Assembly: GCA_039799785.1 (NCBI GenBank)
Contig: JBDLRZ010000078.1
Location: 2,973 to 66,972 of the forward strand
Length of the DNA stretch: 64,000 nucleotides
Direction of reading: 5' to 3'
DNA from: Bacillota bacterium
GTDB taxonomy: Bacteria > Bacillota_I > Bacilli_A > RFN20 > CAG-826
Positions 39,048 to 47,859 of the stretch are shown in pieces; within the stretch, counting starts at the first letter, position 1; every line of letters starts with the position of its first letter. The notes under the pieces are model-generated. The model searched no databases. It saw nothing but the letters and a program-made list of their open reading frames with translations, and was not told where the DNA came from. The position numbers were made by a program, and so were the translations under genes.

Positions 39048-40330
39048 AGAATCGAACGACGCAATGGTTTAGAATCGATAATGCGGGAAAACTTTTTCCA
39101 ATTATTACTGAAACTAGAAGATCTTCCTATTTTCGAATGAGTGTCATGCTAAAGGAAACGGTTGACCCAGTCGTCCTACAAAAAGCTACTGAAAAAACGT
39201 TATTTCGATTCCCAAATTTTAACACCCGATTACAAAGGGGCCTCTTTTGGAACTATTTAGAAAATCAGTCCAAAGCATTTAAGGTTTTACCTGATCCTAA
39301 TACATTTGGATCGAATAGTAGACCCTTTGATAGCTCAAAACATTTAATTGAAGTTTATTACCATCGTAACCGAATTGCCATTGAAGTTTTCCATGCAATC
39401 ACGGATGGCCGTGGAGGGATGGAATTCTTAAAAACACTTACTCTAGCTTACTTAAGAGAAAAAGGTTATGCAGTCGAATCTGAGGGCATCATTTTTGATG
39501 CCAATGATCAAGTTACACAGGCTGAACTTGAGGATAGTTTTGCCACGAAGGTAACCAAAGGTAAGAGCATTTGGATGCCAAGTAATAAAGCTTACCACCT
39601 TAAAGGCACATACTTCGAACATAATGGTCATTATCTAACGCATGTACATTTAAATACAGAAAATTGTATTGCGATTGCAAGGCAATTTCAAACTACGGTT
39701 ACAGGTCTTTTTGCGACTATTTTAATTTTAGGGCTCATCAAAAAACAGGAAAGTGAAAATCCCAAAAAGCGAAAACCAATTATCCTTTCCATTCCAGTCG
39801 ACATGAGAAAATATCTTCCTTCCAAAACAATGAAAAACTTTGTAATGACGATCAATATTGGAAAAGTATTTTCACCTCAAGCTACTTTTCAAGACGTTCT
39901 CCACGAGGTCAATTTACAATTAAAAGAGGGTCAAAAAATTGAAATATTAGCACCTCAAATTCGTGCCAATATGAAAGCTGAAAGAATGCTTTTGTTGAGA
40001 TTTGTTCCTTTATTTATCAAAAGATGGATTGTGAAAAGTGTCTTCAATCGTGTCGGTGAACCTGCACTAAGTTTAACGATGTCAAACCTTGGAAAAATTG
40101 AAATGCCTTTGACTACCCAACAATATATAGAGCATTTTGAATTTATGATCTGCTCAACACCAATTGTGCCGATAAACTTAGGTGTTGCATCTTTTAAGGA
40201 CCAACTTGTCCTTTCATTTTCTAGAATTATCGATGATCGAACATTTCTAAACTTTTTCATCCAATACCTTGTAAATGAACTTAAACTTGAGGTTTTTGTC
40301 TCTGGAAATCGTTGGGAGGAACAAGATTAA
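39044..40330 (+). CDS. Acyltransferase with condensation-domain-type HxxxDG motif (WS/DGAT, PapA5, alcohol-acetyltransferase-like superfamily)
   Basis: HAITDGRGG catalytic-type motif at about residue 120, 428 aa soluble protein. Translationally coupled on both sides (ATGA with rdgB; TAATG with the downstream zinc-ribbon membrane gene). Confidence 0.55.
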   Translation: MKNRTTQWFRIDNAGKLFPIITETRRSSYFRMSVMLKETVDPVVLQKATEKTLFRFPNFNTRLQRGLFWNYLENQSKAFKVLPDPNTFGSNSRPFDSSKHLIEVYYHRNRIAIEVFHAITDGRGGMEFLKTLTLAYLREKGYAVESEGIIFDANDQVTQAELEDSFATKVTKGKSIWMPSNKAYHLKGTYFEHNGHYLTHVHLNTENCIAIARQFQTTVTGLFATILILGLIKKQESENPKKRKPIILSIPVDMRKYLPSKTMKNFVMTINIGKVFSPQATFQDVLHEVNLQLKEGQKIEILAPQIRANMKAERMLLLRFVPLFIKRWIVKSVFNRVGEPALSLTMSNLGKIEMPLTTQQYIEHFEFMICSTPIVPINLGVASFKDQLVLSFSRIIDDRTFLNFFIQYLVNELKLEVFVSGNRWEEQD

Positions 40331-41016
40331 TGTCTTCTTGTAAACGATGCCGGATACGCGTCGATGAAAGCTTAACGCACTGCCCAGTTTGTGGTAGTTT
40401 TCTTCAACATGTTGAATCAAAAGATCTAGAAAAATTATACCCTTCACCGAATTATGCTCAAATTGAAAAGCAAACAGCAAACCAAATACATGCTTTTTTT
40501 GCCTTTCCTCTTCTACTTGCATTATTATTAACGCTTTTGATTGATTTAGCCCTTATTGCAAATGAATTAGGCACCACGTTCATGATGACCTTTATTGTTT
40601 TCTATGTTTGGGTTTTAATCTATAAAACGATTTACAATCGCCAAGGGATTGGTTATACCATTCTTTGGCAATTATCAAGTTTAAGTATCGGTACCATCAT
40701 TATTGCTTTCGTTGCCACCCAAACCCTTGATACTTGGCCATTGCAATACGTTGTTCCAATCTTGATATCGTTAAGTAACCTGTTATTCTTTATCATCACG
40801 ACGGTAAAAAGAAAAACCGATGTGATTTTGTTTCAAATGTTGATCACGAGTTTAATAGGTTTCGTTCAATTTTCTTTAATTTATTGGCTAATTGGCACCG
40901 ACATCATGGTTCCTTCATTAATCGCTGGTATCACATCGATCATCAACGTTACATCTTTACTTACGTATCTAAGAAAAAAGTTTTTAGATTATCTGCAACG
41001 TTGGCTTCATATATAA
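40330..41016 (+). CDS. Zinc-ribbon (C4) plus polytopic membrane protein; start MSSCKRC at the TAATG overlap. The ORF track gives 40312.
   Basis: CKRCRIRVDESLTHCPVCGS N-terminal Cys4 ribbon, then about 5-6 TM helices; 228 aa. Confidence 0.5.
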   Translation: MSSCKRCRIRVDESLTHCPVCGSFLQHVESKDLEKLYPSPNYAQIEKQTANQIHAFFAFPLLLALLLTLLIDLALIANELGTTFMMTFIVFYVWVLIYKTIYNRQGIGYTILWQLSSLSIGTIIIAFVATQTLDTWPLQYVVPILISLSNLLFFIITTVKRKTDVILFQMLITSLIGFVQFSLIYWLIGTDIMVPSLIAGITSIINVTSLLTYLRKKFLDYLQRWLHI

Positions 41017-41046
41017 AAAAAACCATTACCGGTTGCAATGGTTTTC
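41013..41046. terminator. Bidirectional terminator between the zinc-ribbon membrane gene (+) and eno (-).
   Basis: aaccatt-accggttgc-aatggtt hairpin flanked by an A-run (41014-41022) and a T-run (41042-41045). Confidence 0.5.
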
Positions 41047-41066
41047 ACAAAGTTTAGAGGAGACGT

Positions 41067-42386
<1,320 letters not shown>

Positions 42387-42433
42387 TTAAACATAGGTAT
42401 TATAAGAGATTTAAAACCAAAAGTGGTGAAAGT

Positions 42434-43894
42434 TTACTGAACTTTTATTTTTTTCGATTTTCTAGTTAAAAAGTAGTGATAAATTGAAAAAATCAGTACC
42501 AAAATAACCAAAACAACGATCAAGGACACCCAGCCTTGTGATACGATTCCGACAAAAAGAAGCAATGGAAAACCTAATGGGATTGCCATTGAAGATCCAT
42601 AGACAATATCATTTGCTGCGGGGGTTTCAAAATAAGGGTCTTTCTCCCTTAATAAAGCGATACCAGTTGAAGCGGTGCCAGTCATGGTTCCATAAAAGAC
42701 CAACCAAGCTTCGTGTGTGTAATGCGGGTAAACGATTTTGGTAAGGTACCCTAGATAGTTATATGTGATGAAACCGCCACCGATGACCAAGACCAGTAAG
42801 CTGACTAAAAAGCCCGGATCTCCGACGAGAGTGATATCAATCGCCATAATGGACGCAATCATCATAATGTCAAAGGCAAAACCTGCAATACGGTTAAGTA
42901 GAAAATCGTTGGTATAAATTCTTTGCATCCATTTGGCCCTTAACAAACCACGCGTAATTACTTTATAGAGTAGGGCAATAAACACGACGATAATAAAATT
43001 AAATCCATAAAGTAAGGGTCTAAGGTTGTTTATTAAAAATGCAACACCACTATTTAAAATGAGTTGTTCTAATATGAAGATTACCAACCAGGAAATACCA
43101 TAAACAAAGAAAATAATGGCAATTTGAATTGTTAATTTATCCACGGCATCTACAAGGGGAATCTGTCCATTACCTTCTAAAACCGTTGACTCTTCTTTAC
43201 TTTCCATGGAAGTTTCTTGGCTGGTTTTTAATAAACCTAATCGTTTAAGTTTTCTTAAGTAAATGACGCCACCTAATGAAGCGGCTAAAAATCCGATGGA
43301 GGCAATTGATAAGCCAAAGTCGCGCCCAAAACTGAAGCCTACGTTTTGAAAAACTGCTCCAACATTCAATGCTTGTCCAGGTCCTTGGCCATAACCCATT
43401 GGTAGCAAGAAACCTACATAAGCAGGTATGTTGATAAAGATGAAACTTAAGACAATGGTGACTAATAATCCAAAAATACCTTGGATTAGGTAAGAGTTCA
43501 CAATGACCATACCACTTTTGACAGCAAGAGGTTTGTTGCGTATTCGACCTTCATTAAGTCGATCGATACCTTTTAATGTTAATGCTCCGAAACCAATTGC
43601 AATCGCATGATAGGTGAACGCACTTAATGTGTTTGCATCAAATAAGCTCGTGGAGGCGATTTCAAGATTTGCAATCGCAATGTCACTTCCATTGAATAAA
43701 TATTTAATCAATAACCCCAAAAATCCACCAATGACTGCCACAGGTAAAAGTGAAGCTTTTAACCATTTAATTTTTCGTCTAAGGATATTCGCCAATAACA
43801 AAACGGACATTATAAGGGCAAACTGAATAATACTACTCCAATAAAAATTAAAGTCCCAAAAAGGAAGCGGCTGGACGTTTGATAAAACCATCAT
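42434..43894 (-). CDS. GltS-like (ESS family) sodium:solute symporter-type membrane protein
   Basis: About 12 TM; motifs PMGYGQGPGQAL and FYGTMTGTASTGIALL resemble the re-entrant loop motifs SGGHGTGAA and GLGATPTAIANM of E. coli GltS; 486 aa. Overlaps the end of the upstream acyltransferase gene by 47 nt. Confidence 0.5.
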   Translation of the reverse strand: MMVLSNVQPLPFWDFNFYWSSIIQFALIMSVLLLANILRRKIKWLKASLLPVAVIGGFLGLLIKYLFNGSDIAIANLEIASTSLFDANTLSAFTYHAIAIGFGALTLKGIDRLNEGRIRNKPLAVKSGMVIVNSYLIQGIFGLLVTIVLSFIFINIPAYVGFLLPMGYGQGPGQALNVGAVFQNVGFSFGRDFGLSIASIGFLAASLGGVIYLRKLKRLGLLKTSQETSMESKEESTVLEGNGQIPLVDAVDKLTIQIAIIFFVYGISWLVIFILEQLILNSGVAFLINNLRPLLYGFNFIIVVFIALLYKVITRGLLRAKWMQRIYTNDFLLNRIAGFAFDIMMIASIMAIDITLVGDPGFLVSLLVLVIGGGFITYNYLGYLTKIVYPHYTHEAWLVFYGTMTGTASTGIALLREKDPYFETPAANDIVYGSSMAIPLGFPLLLFVGIVSQGWVSLIVVLVILVLIFSIYHYFLTRKSKKIKVQ

Positions 43895-45074
43895 TGGTTT
43901 CCTCCTTTAAAGCTTGCTTGTGCCACTTGATAACATTGAGAAGACCATAAGGTGAGTAACCTCTTGGTAAACGAATCAATAACATAGGACCATCCGAAGG
44001 ATAAAGAAGCAATTTGGTTCTAACTTGAATCGCTTCAGCAAAAATTTTATCGAAAGTGTAAGATTTTTCTTCCCCTTTTAAGGTTAATTTTACACCTTCC
44101 TTAGAAATTTTGATGATACCTTTTTGGAATTTGCTTCTGCGGAATGGATTACCTTTCCAATAAGAAACCTCACAAGGATATTCAATCTTTAGGTTTTTGT
44201 TTTTGACGAACATTTGCTCATGAAATCTTTGAAGATTAGCATGATCATGTTCGATAAGATTTTGCGATACGTGATTGATGGTTAATAAACCTTTTTCGTC
44301 ATACATAGCATCCAATGTGCATTCGCGGCAATACAGGTGACGGCCTTGACTGTAGGTCGAAAATAGGCCTTGACATGAAGGGCAGGTAAAGATGAGTTTA
44401 TGAAGTCCTTCTGCCAAGTGTTTACCATGGTATTCACCTAAGGGCTTTTCATAAGCAGAAATATGTAAAGTATCTTTAACGAATGTTTCTAAAGTTTCGG
44501 AATCCATTTGGTTAAATTCCAATGGACTTAGAGTTGAAATTTCATGCATCGTAGAGGGACCAAATTTTCGAAAATAAGACCATCTTGGTGCCGAAAAATA
44601 TAAACCTTCAATTTTAATGAATTTAACGGGGACTCCTAAAAATTTTATCAATCTTCCCATGCCAGTCGGTATGGGTGAAGGACCACCATTCATAGTGGCA
44701 TTGCCTTCTGGAAATATACAAATATTCCCACCTTCCTCGATAACAGATTTCATTCGTTTTACCAAGGCAAGATCTGCAACGGATTTACTCTTCGGTATCG
44801 GATTGAAAAAAGTCTTTAAAAACCAACTTCCCTTTCCAGAATTAAGAAGTTGATCACTTGCAACAAAGTACAAAGGTGCATCGAATAACATATCAAGAAA
44901 GATGATGTCAAATTCAGCGGTGTGATTAGCAAGAATTAAATATGGACCACTTTTTTTTATTGGAATGCGTTTAGCAGAAAAACGATAATAAAGTCGAAAG
45001 ATGGGTCCAAAAATAAAACGAAAGATTGATAAAAAGAAACCATGGTGCCAATACGTGTATCGTCTTGAAGCCAT
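43848..45074 (-). CDS. PlsC-family (lysophospholipid/glycerolipid) acyltransferase with C-terminal roughly 180-aa extension containing a Cys4 zinc ribbon
   Basis: HX4D motif ILANHTAEFD, FPEGNAT (FPEG block), C-terminal CPSCQGL...x13...CRECTL; 408 aa compared with roughly 200-260 aa for a typical PlsC. Confidence 0.65.
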   Translation of the reverse strand: MASRRYTYWHHGFFLSIFRFIFGPIFRLYYRFSAKRIPIKKSGPYLILANHTAEFDIIFLDMLFDAPLYFVASDQLLNSGKGSWFLKTFFNPIPKSKSVADLALVKRMKSVIEEGGNICIFPEGNATMNGGPSPIPTGMGRLIKFLGVPVKFIKIEGLYFSAPRWSYFRKFGPSTMHEISTLSPLEFNQMDSETLETFVKDTLHISAYEKPLGEYHGKHLAEGLHKLIFTCPSCQGLFSTYSQGRHLYCRECTLDAMYDEKGLLTINHVSQNLIEHDHANLQRFHEQMFVKNKNLKIEYPCEVSYWKGNPFRRSKFQKGIIKISKEGVKLTLKGEEKSYTFDKIFAEAIQVRTKLLLYPSDGPMLLIRLPRGYSPYGLLNVIKWHKQALKEETNDGFIKRPAASFLGL

Positions 45075-46202
45075 CTATTGAATATCTTTCACAAAGGCAC
45101 TTCTGGTTTTATGATGACGATGTTCAAAGTTTTTCCATAAGGATTGAACGTGTTGATTGTTTTCTAATTCTGGTCCTGTTTCAGCAATTTGTATACCATT
45201 TTTAACAGCATTTTTAATAGCCTCAGTAAACACCAGGGCCAATACTCCTGAATTCTTAAGAGCAGGTTCAACCGCTACCAAAAGCATATCGAGGACTTTA
45301 CTTCGCTTTAATTGGGAAAAGAAATCGATAAAACCAAATGGAAACAAATGACCTTTTGATCGTTTTAATGCGTCGACTGGTGAAGGAATCATTAATCCAA
45401 ACGCCACAAGTTTTTCATTTGCATCGCACACGAGTTGTATATAATCTAAATTCACAAGCGGAATATATTGTTTTGCTAGCATATCCATTAAATCTTCCTT
45501 TACTGGAACATAACCATATAAGTGATCGTACGTTTTATTCATGAGTTGAAAAATTTGTTTAATGTATGGTGCAAGGGCGGTGTATCTTTTAGATTTTACT
45601 TTGACTAAATGCAATTGATTTCTTTCAAGGACACGTTGAGATATTTTCTCTAAAATCGGAGGTACTTCTTTTGGAACTTTGATTTGATATTCATTCCAAG
45701 TCGCGTCAACTTTAAAGCCATATCGTTCAAAATGCTTAACATAATATGCATCGGTATAAAACGTAACAAACATATTTTTTTCATTGAATCCAAAGGTTAA
45801 TAAACCTTCTTTATCCTGATCAGAATAACCTAGCGGCCCTGCTAATTGAGTCATACCTAAGGCTTTACCATAATCATTAACGGCAGTCATTAATGCATCG
45901 AATACTTCAACATCATCAATAAAATCAATCCGATTAAAGCGGACCCGTTTTTCATGATATTTCTCATTGGAATAGCGATTAATAATGGCAGCAACTCTTC
46001 CAACGATAACGCCATCTTTCAGTGCCAAGAAAAGTCGAAAATCACAATATTCACTTGCAGGGTTATATTTTGCATCTAAATTCTTCATTTCATCTTCAAA
46101 AATATAAGGAGTAAAGTAAGGATTATTTCGATACAGTTTGGTTGGAAAATCAATAAATGCTTTTAAGTCTTTTTTGGTTGAGACGACCTTTATGTTAATC
46201 AT
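45075..46202 (-). CDS. GNAT-fold-like acyl/aminoacyl N-acyltransferase candidate, possibly double GNAT (compare OlsB, GlsB, FemAB, aaPGS-type folds); function unknown.
   Basis: 375-aa soluble protein, first gene of a three-gene coupled operon (TAG-ATG junction with the PlsC-like gene). Sequence features such as LKDGVIVGRVAAII are suggestive only; no definitive motif recognised. Confidence 0.4.
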   Translation of the reverse strand: MINIKVVSTKKDLKAFIDFPTKLYRNNPYFTPYIFEDEMKNLDAKYNPASEYCDFRLFLALKDGVIVGRVAAIINRYSNEKYHEKRVRFNRIDFIDDVEVFDALMTAVNDYGKALGMTQLAGPLGYSDQDKEGLLTFGFNEKNMFVTFYTDAYYVKHFERYGFKVDATWNEYQIKVPKEVPPILEKISQRVLERNQLHLVKVKSKRYTALAPYIKQIFQLMNKTYDHLYGYVPVKEDLMDMLAKQYIPLVNLDYIQLVCDANEKLVAFGLMIPSPVDALKRSKGHLFPFGFIDFFSQLKRSKVLDMLLVAVEPALKNSGVLALVFTEAIKNAVKNGIQIAETGPELENNQHVQSLWKNFEHRHHKTRSAFVKDIQ

Positions 46203-46251
46203 GTAAAGCTCCGTTAATATTATCTTAATACTTTATGGTAGTTTCTCAAAA

Positions 46252-46283
46252 TAAAAAAAGACTCACAGGAATACTATGAGTCA
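46252..46283 (-). terminator. Rho-independent terminator downstream of tRNA-Ser(GCU), minus strand.
   Basis: Minus-strand RNA: GACUCAUAGUAUUCCUGUGAGUC hairpin (6-bp stem, positions 46259-46282) followed by UUUUUUU (forward A-run 46252-46258). Confidence 0.5.
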
Positions 46284-46376
46284 TGGCGGAGTAGGAGGGA
46301 TTTGAACCCTCGCACCGGGTTTCCCCGATCTAACGGTTTAGCAAACCGTCCCCTTCAGCCTCTTGGGTACTACTCC
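46284..46376 (-). tRNA. tRNA-Ser (anticodon GCU), type II with long variable arm
   Basis: Reverse complement GGAGTAGTACCCAAGAGGCTGAAGGGGACGGTTTGCTAAACCGT...GGGTTCAAATCCCTCCTACTCCGCCA; anticodon loop TTGCTAA; CCA encoded. Confidence 0.85.
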
Positions 46377-46422
46377 AACGCTACCCATAGTAGCATAGAT
46401 TTTTACGTGTTTTCAAGGTAAA

Positions 46423-47859
46423 TTAGTAGGCTCTGGCAAAATAAACGATACGTTTAGCGGGTTTGCCAGTAATCGCACACAAAGGCTTTAATCCAATTTG
46501 GTCAAAAGGAATAACTCGAGCAGTTGCTTGAGCTTTTTCTTTGATAATTTTTTCAACTTCTTCCGTGTCGTCAACAGAAACTTTCACATAACCACCGAAT
46601 TGATTAAGAATAGAAATCATCTCATCTAGGGAATTGGCTTCACGAATATTGTTAGCAAGATGTTGCTTGGCATGCTGTAAAAGTTCTTGTTGTATCAGTT
46701 CCAAGGTAAGTTTGGATTCTTGTACGAGGTCATTAAACTTGATGATTTTTTTAATTTTATCATTGCGTTTTACCATCACCACTTGTTGTTGTTCAAGGTC
46801 ACGAGGACCTAATTCAATTCTTAAAGGAATACCTTTCATTTCAGCTTCAGCATATTTCCAACCTGGTGAATTATCAGTTTCATCAAGCATGACTCTGATA
46901 CCGGATTGTTTTAAGGTATCAAATAAGACCTTGGCTTGACTTAATACACCTGGTTTTTGAGGCATAATGGGTACAATGACAATTTGAATTGGCGCAACGC
47001 GTGGCGGTAAAATCAAACCATTGTCATCACCATGCACCATGATTAAACTTCCAATTAATCGAGTTGAAACACCCCATGAAGTTTGGTGAACTGGTTGTAA
47101 TTGATTTTGGCGATTTTGAAATTGAATGCCAAATGCTTCAGCAAAACCTGTCCCAAAATAATGGCTTGTTCCAGATTGCAAGGATTTACCATCATGCATC
47201 AGCGCTTCCACAGCATAGGTTTCCTTGGCACCTGCAAATTTTTCTTTTTCAGTTTTTCTGCCCGTTAAAAATGGAATCGCCAATAATTCTTCCCCAAGGG
47301 TTTGGTATATTTTTAACATTTGCAAGGTTTCAAATCTTGCTTCTTGTTCTGTTTCGTGAGCAGTATGACCTTCTTGCCATAAGAATTCAGCCCCTCTTAA
47401 GAAAGGTCGAGTCGTTTTTTCCCATCTTACAACCGAACACCATTGATTATATTTCTTTGGTAAATCTCGATAAGAATTAATGATTTTTGCATAATGTTCA
47501 CAAAAGAGAACTTCTGAGGTTGGGCGAATAATTAAAGGATCTTCTAATTTTTCTTTTCCACCTAGGGTTGCAATTAATGTTTCAGGTGCAAATCCTTCAA
47601 CATGTTCTTTTTCTTTGTTAAATAAACTTTGTGGTATCACCATAGGCATATAGACATTTTCATGTCCTGTATCTTTAAATTTTTGATCGAGATATTTTTG
47701 GATTTGTTCCCAAATTGCGTATCCATACGGCCGATAAATAATGAATCCTTTAATTGATGAATAGTCCATTAATTCAGCTTTTTTGCAAACATCTGTATAC
47801 CATTGTGCAAAATCAGATTGTCTAGAGGTGATCGCCTCATTTTTAATTTGTTTTTCCAT
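46423..47859 (-). CDS. proS: Prolyl-tRNA synthetase (short, archaeal/eukaryote-like type)
   Basis: Class II aaRS motifs, 478 aa without bacterial-type insertion domain; C-terminal zinc-binding region. Confidence 0.9.
   Translation of the reverse strand: MEKQIKNEAITSRQSDFAQWYTDVCKKAELMDYSSIKGFIIYRPYGYAIWEQIQKYLDQKFKDTGHENVYMPMVIPQSLFNKEKEHVEGFAPETLIATLGGKEKLEDPLIIRPTSEVLFCEHYAKIINSYRDLPKKYNQWCSVVRWEKTTRPFLRGAEFLWQEGHTAHETEQEARFETLQMLKIYQTLGEELLAIPFLTGRKTEKEKFAGAKETYAVEALMHDGKSLQSGTSHYFGTGFAEAFGIQFQNRQNQLQPVHQTSWGVSTRLIGSLIMVHGDDNGLILPPRVAPIQIVIVPIMPQKPGVLSQAKVLFDTLKQSGIRVMLDETDNSPGWKYAEAEMKGIPLRIELGPRDLEQQQVVMVKRNDKIKKIIKFNDLVQESKLTLELIQQELLQHAKQHLANNIREANSLDEMISILNQFGGYVKVSVDDTEEVEKIIKEKAQATARVIPFDQIGLKPLCAITGKPAKRIVYFARAY

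Noticed and set aside
39955-40522. Minus-strand ORFs (39955..40260, 40247..40522) antisense to the acyltransferase/zinc-ribbon membrane operon
   Set aside because: Antisense to tightly coupled, well-formed plus-strand genes. No RBS or promoter context.
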